A stretch of DNA of 63,893 nucleotides, filler included, from Collodictyon triciliatum (Eukaryota), in assembly GCA_043381765.1 (NCBI GenBank). It is 7 parts of 7 records of this genome, joined end to end, with 100 filler letters (N's around TTAATTAATTAA, not from the genome) between each part and the next. Parts side by side here need not be neighbours in the genome. Positions count along the whole stretch, not along the records: positions 20,503 to 30,651 come from JBHJMP010002780.1; positions 30,752 to 40,900 come from JBHJMP010002781.1; 5 more parts are not named here. One strand, written 5' to 3'. Position numbers and translations under genes: made by a program. Of the stretch, positions 22,135-35,100 are shown piece by piece. Each line of letters opens with the position of its first letter. Within the stretch, counting starts at the first letter, position 1. The notes below the pieces were generated by a model. It ran no database searches. It was not told the DNA's origin and was given only the letters and a program-made list of their open reading frames with translations.

Positions 22135-22417
22135 GTGTGCGTCATCACGTTTGATTTTTACAAATAATATGCTAGTAGAATCACTTCGGAGAACACACCT
22201 TTCGTCTCCCAAAGCCCCTACGCAGCCACCCAACGTTCTTTTCACTATCGATGTTCAAATGGACTCCTCTGTGCTATCCTTAAAGGTAATCGAGGGTAAG
22301 AGACCATTAGACCTCGCCCGAGAGTTTGTCGCGTGGAACAAGCTCCAGCCCTCCGCTATCGAACCCCTCCGTATTTTGATAGAAGAAAAGCTCTATGAGC
22401 TACAGCTGCGGCGCTGA
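20578..22417 (+). CDS. 3' part of a protein with three tandem PFU-like repeats; 5' truncated
   Basis: Three homologous units: IHIDIDIGDGR-VGQVAYMPGDDAKGLASAFVRKYQL, LFTLDIEVANGK-VGTITIYENDNPMEIALKFVRKHKI, LFTIDVQMDSSVLSLKVIEGKRPLDLAREFVAWNKL. The pattern recalls the PLAA/Doa1 PFU domain. Stop TGA at 22415-22417. Confidence 0.65.
21971..22138. repeat. Compound (GTAT)n-(GTATGT)n microsatellite, intronic
   Basis: Tandem arrays seen directly. Confidence 0.96.
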
Positions 22418-23209
22418 TACTATTCAAATCGCACATCGGTTGTAGGGTACATGAGTTTGGAACCCAAAGGACAAAAATTAAATATCATTACACGATTGTT
22501 GACTGCTTTAAATTAGTTATTGAAAATGCTCTCTATTCAGCAACCCTTTCACCACAAACACCATCTTATGAAAAGCTCTTCTCTTATGTTCGCTTCAGGT
22601 CATTCCACGAAATCTTACAGTGTGTCTCCAAATAAAATATTGTCTGGCTTGGGGCATAGCCATCCACATGATATTGGATTCTTTCTTTTCTGATGCGAAA
22701 AGTCTGTTTTAATATAAATACAACCCTTCCTTCAGCAAGAGAATAGGGTTGGTTGATGTAGCTGGCATTTTTATCGTTATTAGATATTTTTATTAGAGCT
22801 AAATAAGCATAGACTGGATGGGCATATCTGCTTTGTAGTAAGAAGATATTTAGAGCGCGATGGTCATAAAGAATAGACAGGAGAGCATGCCAGCGGATAA
22901 AGCAATGAGGGAGAAGGCCTCGCCGATAACTTAGTGTTACATACAAGAGAATGTTTACATTGCGAGATGTGACTTTCACATCATGCAAGACATTCGATGC
23001 TACAATATTATTAAACAAAAGAAAAAAACGCTTTTTTTTTTTACAATATCAGAGATGTAGGGTATTGTTGCGTGGATAAATGGAAAAAAAAATGTCACTA
23101 TCTGAGCATGCAGCCCACACAAAAGGAATGATGCGCATGAACTAGAAGCCAGGCAGGTAAATCTAGCAGAGGAGTTGTTGATTGCGTCTATATACACCCA
23201 TCTCTTCTG

Positions 23210-24990
23210 TCAGTAGCGACGGTTTCGAGAGAGAGCAAATCCCGCTGAACCAACTGCAACAGACCCCGATAAACCGGGTGACGCGCTGCCGCTGGGACCA
23301 GACATGAATCCGTTCAGCACCCGGTCTGGTTTTGCTTGGCAATTATATATATATATATATATATATATTGATTAATTAATTAATCATTTGTTGTCGCCAT
23401 TGTGCTAATCATTCGTAATGCTGACTATGTGCCTTCTGATGGCTTTTTTTTTTCCTTCCTCTTCTTTGCACGTTGGATTCATGAGAAATGCTTACACGCG
23501 GTCATCTCTGGCTTAAACGAGTCGAGAGATGCTCTTTCGCCCTTTGCAGAGGCGGGCTTGGAAAAGGAGTTTCTTGACGCACCGGAGCCAACCGATGGGA
23601 GCGGACCTGTCAGGCTGGAGCTGAGCCGTGTCGGAGTTTCAGATTTTCGGGGTGCTTGTTGTTTCGGTGGGACTAAGGTATTGAGATTTGAGCGGTATTT
23701 CACGTTGACAAGTAAAATACAGTCCAATATTACCAAAACTTTAGAGGAACATAAAGAAGCACGATTATGGTTTGATTGCAACAGTGATCGAATAGGGGAA
23801 TAGAGAAAACAGAGTAGATGGTAATCGAAATGAAAGTGAACCTTTCGGTATGCTCAATTCAGGCTCTTTTGAATGTCGAATAAAGAGGTTATTTGATGGT
23901 GCACCTGACATAATTGTTTGAGTGAAACTCAATAATATTACATTTTCATAATTATATGCTGATTGTTTGTTTGTTTTTTAGATTTCAATTCTTCTATTCT
24001 TAATCTTATGAGATTTACTGGTAGGCTTGCTGAACTTTGATGATGCGTATTGACTGGGACTAGACTGTACCTAAATGAGCGTAGAATTGAACATTTTGCA
24101 TAATCGGCCTTCGCTTAATTTGATGACGATTGAATCCCTCTTTATACAAATATTCATGTACATACAATGGGATAGTTTTGACTGGGCCCTGAGGAGGCTT
24201 GGACCGGGGTTTGTGGAGGTGATGTGAACGAGTTAACCGGCCCTGGTGGCGGGGTGGTTGATTGGAGTGGAATTCTCTTAAGTGGAGATGGGTAAGATAT
24301 TCTCGTTGTTGTTATTTTGGAATCCGTGGCTTCGGCTACATAGTCGAGTTGTATGTGATTCAACAAGGATGATTAGACAATATCGAGGCTGTATTTGAAT
24401 AAGAAAAAATGAAGTGTATTATTCCTTTTTTTTTTATTATTATTATTATCAGAATATTTTACTCGGTGCTGGCCTCCCAGGGAAAGGGTTACTCGATGTA
24501 AGCGTTGGTGCAGTTGGAGCTGCCTTTGGGATTGGTTTGGAAAACATGAATTTATTTTTGGGTGCCTGCATCGTTAATACCGGAGAAACACATTCTGACT
24601 CGTTATATCTTCTGCGATGTTCTCTCTTGCCATCATTCACTTCATCTTTTCGTCGAGATTCATCAGTCTCAGAGTTTTCCTGTAATGCAATACTTAATAC
24701 AGGTCTCTGTCATTGTACAGAAGATCAAAGTGACATCTTCGACTGTCTTTTCTTTTGAAATTCATTCATGACGAATTACCATAGCGGTTATAGCTTTCTC
24801 TTCCTCCTCTTTCTTTTTGTCGACTACATCATTGCTGGACAACTCTGACTTCATTCCAGATATCTCCTGGGCCATCTATTTCAGTTGATTATAGAGTATT
24901 TGCTTATACAATAGTAAGGAGCAATAATGATAGAACACAATCCAAAGGTTTTGGGTAGTCTAGATAAGAGATTTGACATGAGTGTGATAA

Positions 24991-25062
<72 letters not shown>

Positions 25063-28000
25063 AGCAGTAAAACCTGTGACTGAATCAGCTTCGATAGCTC
25101 TAATACATCTCGATCCTTATCTGTCAGCAACATCTACAACAGAAAATACTCATTACCGAATGATTCCGGGTTATATAGTGATTTCAATTACACCCACGTC
25201 AAGAGCATGGTCAACCAGCTTTGAGGCGCTCTCGTCTCGGAGGAGAAAGGTTGTACGTTTTAGTAAAGGTATAATTTTGCAGAATTTCCACCGGACATTA
25301 GGTACAGAATCCTATTAGGAATCCCGAACGAATCGAATTAAAACGTCATGCTTTAGCCTTTATGTTCATTTGATTATTTCTGACATCCAGAATTAAAAGA
25401 GCTAATATTCAAAAGCTGGTCATGATATAATTAAAAGCGAATAAATATCAAAGTGTTAATTTTTTTTATAGGGAAAACCTATTACTTTTGATAGATCCAT
25501 AACTGCATCAAAAAAATTATCCTTGAAGAAGCGCCGGCTAAACATTTGATATGCATTTTGGCATACATCGACAAACAGAATTCTATGGTAACAGGACTTG
25601 CGCTTGGCAAACTTTTGAATCAGTTGAGCAATTATATTCGTTCGTTGGTAACTGCGCTTGTTCTTGCGAAGGTAATGGCATATTGCTCTACATGCAGACT
25701 CACGGATCGGAGCCACAGACTAGGAAGTGATTTTTTTTTTTAAAAAAAAAATAGTTTATTGGATGTACTCTACATGTCATTAATAAATAAGTATGTGAGA
25801 AGGTTAAGTAATTAAAAACTTTACATGACTGGTATGAATATTTATTTTTCTTTTATTAACACTCAAAATTATCTGGGTACAAACCTCATCCATATACTTA
25901 AACATTAAAGGTACAAAATTGTCATAAACTTGGTCATTCGTACAATACTCAGGTATGTCGATAAGTTGTAATATAAATGTATTCAGAAACCGCCAGTTTT
26001 TCAATATTGAATTTTGGAACTCCAATAAGTGAGCAACGATGTCTCCAAAAAGCGAAATCTAGAATGTAAATAAAAATCAATGAACATCGTTCGCAAAGTC
26101 TGGATATAGATGGGCATGAATAGATAACGCACAAGGCAAATGACAAGCAATCATTTTTCTTTCTTTCATTAATCAAACCTTTTGCTCTTCATTTGCTACA
26201 GCAAACATGGAGAGTATTTGGTCCAAATGTTCCACAAGAATAACTCTGATATCCATGCTTTCGTCTTTCAGTAAGTTTATGAATATGTCTTTCAAGTATT
26301 TCACCGATCTTTCTTTCCCGAGCAAGGAAGCCACCTATTTTGCAATCGTGACAACAGGGAGAGGAAGAAATATGAAACAAACTAGTAAAATGAGTGATGT
26401 GATGATAAGATTTTAGCCATATATGTAGCGAAATTTTACCAATTGGAATCATATGCGAAAGTGGAAGGAACTGGAATCTGATATATATACATATATATAT
26501 GTATTCTATTTGTTTTGTACACTAACCTCATGAAATCCTGCTGCTATGGATTTCCTTACATTTAAATCAGAATCTCTAGACAGCTGGTGATACGTGTCAT
26601 GAAGGTTCATAGCATATTTCCGGGAATTCATGCATTTCACAACAGCCTAGAAAAATATGCAGATAAAAGTGATACATACATTCCCCATTCTAATTATTGT
26701 TTTTTTTTTTTAAAAAAAAAGTACTGCTTCATGTTGTTTATACAATCGATAAGGACAAGTCTATATAGACGAATCAGCATAGAATATTATCTATGTTGCT
26801 AAATTAATTATGCGTACAGGGAAATTGAATGCACAATTTCGTCTGCACTCGGGGTCAGGTCTTTTTGCAAGGTATTTGAAGAAGTTGTAAAATATCATGG
26901 ATTCATCTTCATCTTCAAACTCATCTAGCAGTTATACACAAGGGGAAATAAATAAATAAAATTAGTTTCATTAGTATTTTCTAAATATTGCGCATTCTTA
27001 TTGGATGGTGTTGAAGTAAAAGTAAAAAATTGACTAATACTTGATATTCGGTGAAGCAAATCCCCAAAAGTGTTGCTGATAGGCACCATCATATCATCTG
27101 GAGGACTTTGACACTGGGACTTGAAATATGGAATTATATCTGACCTTATCGTTTGTTTATCGAATGCATTCGAAAGAGTGACAAGGCTACGTAACCCAGC
27201 CTGTCGGACAACCAATTCTTCATCTCTATTCAATTCCATTAGGTCACTTAGAACGTTCTGCTTTGCAAGGGCCGGTCTGGATTAATATATCCATCAGAAT
27301 GCGTCCGGATATTGCGAACATTTCGATTACAAAGTAAAAATAAATCACCATGTATGGGAAAACTGCTGTGATGTGTTTATTTCGAAAACAACTTTACCCG
27401 ATAACAGATACAAGAGGGACGAGCTGTTCACACATACTTGCTCGAACTTCATAATCCACATCTTGACACAACATCGAGACTTTGTCGAGCAACAGCATTT
27501 CAATAGTCTGTCCCCAGGTTATAACAGTCAGTTAGACTCAATACGATTTTTAAAAGGTGCAGTAAATACGGGGCGACCTGTCTTTAATAAATAAACGTTT
27601 TACCGAAGAATCGATATGAGGGACTAATCCCCCAATGATTTTGCATGCAATTATACGAGACAATGTCGTGTTAACTTGAGCAGATCGGCTTAAAACAAAA
27701 TCCAGCACCTGTAACAAAAAAAAAGCATTTCATATTGCCATATGAATTCATGGTTTTACAAGATAAGTTCGACCCTGAAAACAAACTTTGCTCAATGAAG
27801 CTGCATGTTCGAATACCTTCTCCTTCAAAACCTCTTTGGGCATGTGCTTTATGGAAGACACAAATGTGTCAGTCCACGCATCCGTTACATCATGGTCACA
27901 TCTCCCTTGCAACATGACTAGCATCGATGGGAGGATTATTTCAACGACCTTTAATTGTTTCCTTAGCTTAGTTATCGTGTATGAAGAGTAGAAATAAAAC

Positions 28001-28781
28001 TGGTATGTTAACTATAATCATAGGTAGAGAATCTTATATATTCCAACCTGTTGTTTCGTCAGAACGTTTGCTTCAATACAACTTTTAATGACTTCTGCTA
28101 GTGACTTTTGTAATGAAGATTCCAATGTGACGAGTGAGCTTTCCTTCTAAAAATGAGAAATAATTACTATAATAAAAAAATTCGAGGATGTGTTGAGAGC
28201 TATACAATGCATCTATTGAAAGAAAATATAAAATAAATGGAAAATAGTACGAAAAGATTAGATAAGCAGAGAAAAAAGGCATATTGCCCTGCAAGTTTTC
28301 GCTTGTTGTTAAGTAATTGTACCAATATCCTGGGAAATATTTTCTCAATCACGGGGCGGTGATTTTGTCGGAAAAGCTTAAAGATAGATTGAATCCCAAC
28401 AGTTTTTTGTATAATGTGCGAGCTTTCAAGAAGAGTGAGCGTCAGATCCAGGTCACTCATATCTTCTTTGAGAGAGAAAAGCTGAATTTCTTCAGTTGTC
28501 TATAATTTGGGCGGGTATGGGGTATTTAGGTCATGCCACAACGATCAGGGGAGACGATAGATTGGTTAATATGAACTTTGTTTTTAAGAGAGTCTCTGCT
28601 TCATTGTATCCAGTTTTTCATCAAAGAGTGTATGATTTTCGTGAATAATATAACGTGTGATTGTATTTAACCAGAAAAGCAACCATTCAATAGAAAGAGG
28701 AACCTTCATTCCTTTGGGGAGAATATCCCCTCCTTCAGGAATGTTTTGGGCAGAGTCCCATTCATCCAGAAGCGAGTCCAT
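23210..28781 (-). CDS. PPP4R4: Ser/Thr protein phosphatase 4 regulatory subunit 4-like HEAT-repeat protein; multi-exon
   Basis: EEIQLFSLKEDMSDLDLTLTLLESSHIIQK, DVTDAWTDTF, LCQDVDYEVR, LMELNRDEELVVRQAG, DPECRRNCAFNFP, DSDLNVRKSIAAGFHE, LKNWRF, VAPIRESACRAICHYLR, AKRKSCYHRILFVDVC, FSRRFFKDNFF, DSVPNVR. Ser/Pro-rich tail; last exon and stop tentative. Confidence 0.88.
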
Positions 28782-28789
28782 TAGTCCAG

Positions 28790-28856
28790 TTCAACGGATT
28801 CCTTCTTTTACGTTTATTCCCCTTTATTCGATTCAACGGATGCCTTCTTTTACGTT
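28790..28856 (-). mobile_element. Family A micro-retroposon tip with ~25-bp duplication (1 mismatch), just upstream of the PP4R4 ATG
   Basis: TTCAACGGA-T(T/G)-CCTTCTTTTACGTT occurs at 28790-28814 and 28832-28856. The minus strand between and overlapping them reads TGAATCGAATAAAGGGGAATA. Confidence 0.8.
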
Positions 28857-30145
28857 AATTTTTGCATAGAAAAGTAATCAGATAAATGTATGAAATTATA
28901 AAATTATTAATTAGACCATGATTTCTTTCCCTTGATTAGATTCAATGCCAATTAATCAGTCGAGGATAATGGTGATATATGTTATTTAAGTTATTATTTT
29001 TCTAATATGTTCTTCACCTTTTGTTTCTTTTAGGGTTATGAGTTTTCTTTTTCTTTTTCTTTTCTCGGAGGTGTTTGTGTTATGTTTTGCTTCTATTTTG
29101 ATCCACGTTGCTACGGTTTTTTTTAAAAAAATATATATCTAGGAAACCAAAAAAAAAAAACTAACAGATAAAAGATTATGTCTGAATTCGAGAAATCTTT
29201 CAGAAGTTGAGAGGAAATATTCACTTCCTTAAAAATGATTGGTTGCTATGCTGAATATTATTTTAAATTGGTTTTCTTTTAGAACAATAACAAAATTAAA
29301 CGAAAGACAAAAAGCGCGATACATGCAGACTTCCTATGTATCGACAATTATGCGACACCCACCCTTCGCTGGACGAGAGAAATGAAATTAACAGAAAGTA
29401 ATATTATGACTATGGTATAAACTTTTCCCCGGATCTAAGTCTCTCTCTCCTACTTGGCCTAACCTTTCATACACACGTGCCAATGGAGAAGGAAAACCTG
29501 TGGCACGCATCCGCGTTGGTGAATCGTTTGATTCGTTGGCGAGTCGATCTTCGTGTCTCTGATTCATCGCGCATCGTGTTCTGCGATTTCGGCTCAGCGA
29601 TTCGAAACCAGGAAAGCTGATGCAGAGACATCCACTTTTGGAAAAAGGACAACGGTCCTTCTTATTTAGGTATGAAATCGGGTGAATCTATTTAATCATT
29701 TATGGAATTTATATATTAATCATAATATAATCAATCAATATTTTGCTTTTTCAGAAGTTATGATAAATAACACGTACATGTATATTTTCCAATCTAGCAT
29801 ATAGGTAAGGTATTAATGTGTCACACCATATCACCGTTTTCCCCTACTCTTGTTAATGATTATGATTGACACTCAATCAGCGCGGGATGTGTGTTGATGA
29901 AGAGCTGCTTCCCAATGCGCGAAGCGAGATTCTACCACAAATCTCCCTGAGCCCATATTAAAGTCAATACAACCAAGTTCTCACTGGAATCGCCCACTTT
30001 TTTTCCCTCCCATTACTTGGATCTTATTAAACAGGGCACATACCGATAGGGTCTGCTGCTGTAAAAAAAAAAGAAAAAAAAAGTGCAAAACAAAGCAAGG
30101 CGGCGCTACACCCTTCAGACTCACTACCACTGCTGCGTGCTCATT

Positions 30146-30264
30146 ATGTCAAAGGTAAGGGACTAGGACTTCACAATAAAGTGTTATCTGTTCTAGTGGT
30201 TATTATGGATCATCTCTCTGTTGTCGCTTTTTTTTTTTTTTTTTTTTTTTTCGCCCCGTTTTTT

Positions 30265-30318
<54 letters not shown>

Positions 30319-30651
30319 TTCTCACTAATTTTTTTCTTTCATACCCAAATGTTAATTGCAAGAAGGCCGGAGTTGACACGAAAGTCGCAGCGCAGTCGAT
30401 TAAGGCGCCGATTCGAACAGGATACCTGAATAAGCAAGGTTTTTTTTTCCCGTCCCTTTGAATACTTTATCATCAAGCATGAATCGAATAAAGGAATTTT
30501 TTTTTATCATCAAGCAACATCAAATGCAGGATCAAAACCGAAGAAAAAACCAGAAGAAAAAACTGAAGAAAAAACTGAAGAAAAAACTGAAGAAAAAACT
30601 GAAGAAAAAACTGAAGAAAAAACTGAAGAAAAAACTGAAGAAAAAACTGAA
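30146..30651 (+). CDS. 5' end of a probable PH-domain protein with a coding (EEKT)n repeat; truncated by contig end
   Basis: ATG TCA AAG|gtaag, exon KAGVDTKVAAQSIKAPIRTGYLNKQ|G (PH beta-1-like GYLxKQG), intron 30439-30529, then SKPKKKP(EEKT)n encoded by (GAAGAAAAAACT)n. Confidence 0.6.
30466..30516 (+). mobile_element. Family A micro-retroposon tip with 14-bp TSD
   Basis: TTTATCATCAAGCA at 30466-30479 and 30503-30516 flanks TGAATCGAATAAAGGAATTTTTT. Intronic. Confidence 0.85.
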
Positions 30652-30751
30652 NNNNNNNNNNNNNNNNNNNNNNNNNNNNNNNNNNNNNNNNNNNNTTAAT
30701 TAATTAANNNNNNNNNNNNNNNNNNNNNNNNNNNNNNNNNNNNNNNNNNNN
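30652..30751. other. Artificial contig spacer
   Basis: 44 N + TTAATTAATTAA + 44 N. Confidence 0.98.
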
Positions 30752-30846
<95 letters not shown>

Positions 30847-30872
30847 GATAAAAAATCTCTCTTTTCACACAG

Positions 30873-32042
30873 CATACTATCAAGACCAGAGGCAAATATT
30901 CAGACACTTGCACTTGATTGCCTCTTAACTTGGAAACCAAGATGCATTCTTCCCTATAAGGTACTTCCCGAATCAAGTTAACATCAAGATAGGCAGCGAA
31001 ATAGTCCAAGTTATCGGTAGCTGTACTCTATGATTTATGAAATGTCCAAAATATAGGATAACCTAAAGAATCTGATACTTGACGATAAGCTTCGTGCCGA
31101 AATGGCGAATTTCAACCTCTCAGTTGATGCCGATGAGGATACCGAACCCAAATCAAAAGAAGGAAAACACAGGTGACATAATATATGAAAGAAAGAAAGA
31201 AAAAGTCAAAATACCCCACAATTTTTCTCAAGCAAAACAAAACCACCCTCTAATTAATGAATATTTTGTATGTGTTTGTAATTTATTGACATGCCATTCC
31301 TACAAAAATTATAATTCCTAGTATCAAGGCTGAGGACCGTGCAGAGATGATTCCTATTGTTGTGCGTATTCTAGGAGCGAAACTGATTCACAAAAAAGTA
31401 TCAGATAATCAAAAAGTATGCTTTCATTCCGAACAAATAAACAATCCTGCATATGAAAAATTCTTACCAAAAATATTGACCATCAGACAATATACGGCGA
31501 TTATAACCCTCATACTTTTATTCGAGCCCTTTTTAATTTTGTGCGCCAAAATGTAGCATATGTCGAAGATACGTCGCAAAATGATTTTTTCGTACTTGAG
31601 CCAGCTGACTACCGATGAAATAGAACCTCTGTTTGTCCTTATTTTGGAGCAGTTTGGTGCGACGTATGGAACTGTCAAAACCGGGGTAATTCTTAAAGAA
31701 GCCAATAAATTGACCAAGATACTTGTTATTTAGCCCTTGGATACAATCTTTTCCCCTAAAGGTGAAAAATAATGTATTCATGTATGTTTTTAATTAGGAA
31801 TTCACGATGATGCGCACATCTCTATCAGTCCAAGTTGCAGTACTGTCCACGTTGCAAGATGTCATTTCACAGTTGCGTGACTATGTTAGACCATATGTGA
31901 ACTCTATTCTTCGTATACTGCTGGACATGCTTGAATCGTCCATCAAAATTATTGAAAATGACAGAAGTTCACAACAGGTTGTCTATTGTTCACATTACTA
32001 TCATAACGCCACATCCCTATGTCAAATTTTTATGAGCTTGCT

Positions 32043-32119
<77 letters not shown>

Positions 32120-35100
32120 TGTAAAGGTAATAATTCTCTGACAGCCCTGATGAATTTTTTTTATTTTTCTTACACGCGTCAGGCAACCGCACCAAAGACA
32201 GAGCAGGCCAACAAGGGATCTGACTTCGAAGATGGACAGGCGGGTGATGTGGAAGCTGATTCAACTCAAGAGAGCGAAGACAAAGACGCAGATGATATGG
32301 AAGAAGATGGTGAGGATGAAGATGAAAATGAAAATGAGGATGAAAATGAGGATGAAAATGAGGATGAAAATGAGGATGAAGATGAGGATGAAGGAAAAAG
32401 CGTGAAATCCAAGGGGGAAAGAGATGATGAAAACGAAGATGGCGGTCAAGAAGAAGACGGTGGTGATATCATGGAAGACACAATAGGAGATGAGGAAGAT
32501 AGTTTGGGCGAAAAAGACCTCGGGGATGCGGACGGCGATATTGATGATCATGGCTCTGTCAATACAGACCGATATATTAGATACAGAAAACTAGTCATAT
32601 TTAAGCAAGCAAAAAAAATTCGTCTTGGGAGTTTGAGAAGGTTCTCTGATTTATTTCAGAAATTCCCTGATATAGACTACTCCAAGATATGGGATAAATT
32701 TTTTGGGGTGTTGGATAACCAGATTAAAATCATTCCAACAGAAAATAATCAGCAATCTGCTGGTCTATTGGACTGTCTACATTTAATGAGGTGCGTGTTG
32801 ATGCTCGTTTTCTTTTCCTTCTTGTTTATATTCCCCATAAACTCACTTTATCTTTTTATTATCTAGTGAAAGCGAGTATCTTGTTCCTATCCTATCCAAC
32901 CATCCCTTCGCACTACCAACATTGTTCAAGTGTCTTGTTTTACCTCGAACATCAGACAAAGTCATTCGAGTTGTGCTCACAATCATCGATAACTTAATCT
33001 CTGTGAATGTTGAGATTCCTGAAGGGGTAAAGAAACAAAAATAGGATATCATACTATTTGCTATCCATATTATTCCTGATATTATCATTATTTGAATCGA
33101 ATAAAGGAAAAAATCATTATTGTTTATGAAACTAATATGACTTCCCTTCGACTTGCACAGCTTCAAATCCATCAAGTGCCAGCAAACTTTGAATACATAG
33201 GGAAATTTTCCCATGAGCTAATTCTCTCGATGGAAGCGCTTGTGACAAATAAGATAAAAGGATATGAACATATGATTAAGTAAACAGCATTGTTAATTGA
33301 ACAGCTAATCAGTTACTCTTTATATAGCAGACTAAAACATCGCTCGCAGTTTTCTCTCCCAAGAAAAAAAGCCTTTTATGATAACATTTAACAACTTCAA
33401 TGACAAATAGTTCTCGGTTCGGGAACCAGCGATTAGGAAAACTTGCCCACATACAGCTTAATATTCTTGCTAGAATAAGCCCTCATATAAGCGGTAATAT
33501 GATCCGTTACAACAAACCCCTGTCTTCATCTTCATTTTTTAATTGCTTTTGTGAGCTCACATTATCGCTTTCACCTTTCTGTTTGTCAAATAGATCCGGA
33601 TCTTTCATCACGCCTTGTCAAGCTCCTATTTCCATTTCTGAATAGCCCAAAGCTTACCATGCCATGTAAAAATACGCATCGCATATTACAACTGATTTAT
33701 GAAATACCTTAGAATTTGAAACATCACGTACGTAGATTTCTTGTAAATAAAATTCGACTGCATAGCAACCAAGGACAATATAATGCTATTGATCAGAAGC
33801 TTATTGAGTAGTGTGGAGAACGCTCTTGACTATGTCCCAGCATTGTCTCGGTAAGTGAAACATAAATCATATTTTGGAAACACAATTATTTGACTTTAAT
33901 TTTGTCGGCAACGATGCCTAGGCTTATCGCTTCACCGAATCTATTGCTGTCATATTTATTTGCTGGTCGTTGTATAGATACTTCCGGTCCTTCAGAAGCA
34001 GAGATAACCGGACGAATCTTTGCAATATTTTTGTGGAGCTCGAAAAGAAATTTTCTGAATTGAGTGGATTGGTGAGCGGAATTTATTCAACCAATCATTT
34101 ACTTATTCTCTGAATATAGCGTATGACATTTTAATGTATGGTAGTCATGAGGTGAGTTATGATTTACCTTTCTAATCGAAATGATGATCCAGGGCCAAAT
34201 TGTTAGTGATCTGAACGCGTACGCAAAATCAAGAATTAGTGAAATCGATTATGATAAGAGATTGAAAATTCTCCACTCCGTCCGAGATGACTTTTGCCAA
34301 TCATTGAATGTGCTCAAAACGCCGGCAGTTGTGTCAAACTTGTTTTTCTTTTTGTCAGAAGAGGATTTGTCAATAAGGTCCGGGGCTTCATTGGCATTGC
34401 AAAGATTGATAAAGTTTTTGGGGAATGTCGAGGTTTGTTGGAACTTGTGAAATATGATTTATTCGCGAATTCTTTTGTTTTAATGTTGAGAATCATTCAT
34501 CGCTTACTTTAGTATAATATATATTTCTCCATTATCGGTCTTCTTTCCGGCGATATCTTGTTGGTTTAGAAAGGAGCAATCCAATCACCCAACATGAGCG
34601 CAGAAGACTCTCGAAAACTGCTGAGTTCTCAAATTACTTCGTGTATCTCTATGGCCATCGCAAGTTTTACACCAGAGTACCGACAGGTTACTTTCCTCCC
34701 TTGTAACCAAAGCTTTATTTTTGAGTTCATTTTCTATCGCTAAGCTTGATTTTTTTGAACAATAAAGTTTCCTATTCTTGTTCTTGTTCTTGTTCTTGTT
34801 CTTGTTCTTGTTCTTGTTCTTGTTCTTGTTCTTGTTCTTGTTCTTGTTCTTGTTCTTGTTCTTGTTCTTGTTCTTGTTCTTNTGTTCTTGTTCTTGTTCT
34901 TGTTCTTGTTCTTGTTCTTGTTCTTGTTCTTGTTCTTGTTCTTGTTCTTGTTCTTGTTCTTGTTCTTGTTCTTGTTCTTGTTCTTGTTCTTGTTCTTGTT
35001 CTTACTCTTCTTATTTTTATCTTAAGGCTGAAACCTTTTCATCACATAGGAATATTTGGAAATCTTATCATCATTAGCGGAAAATTATCCAACAGCCTTT

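Noticed and set aside
21903-22245. ORF-track entries such as (MYVC)n, (HTYI)n, (CS)n, poly-K, poly-F and poly-L
   Set aside because: Translations of intronic microsatellites or antisense shadows, not genes.
23866-23890. TTTGAATGTCGAATAAAGAGG as a family A copy
   Set aside because: Has a 2-bp insertion, no tail or TSD, and lies in a probable PP4R4 exon on the opposite strand. Other degenerate look-alikes (14303, 21595, 28925) also lack TSDs.
29890-29955. TGATGA...CTGA as a box C/D snoRNA
   Set aside because: Short, no convincing terminal stem, and no rRNA-complementary guide I could recognise.
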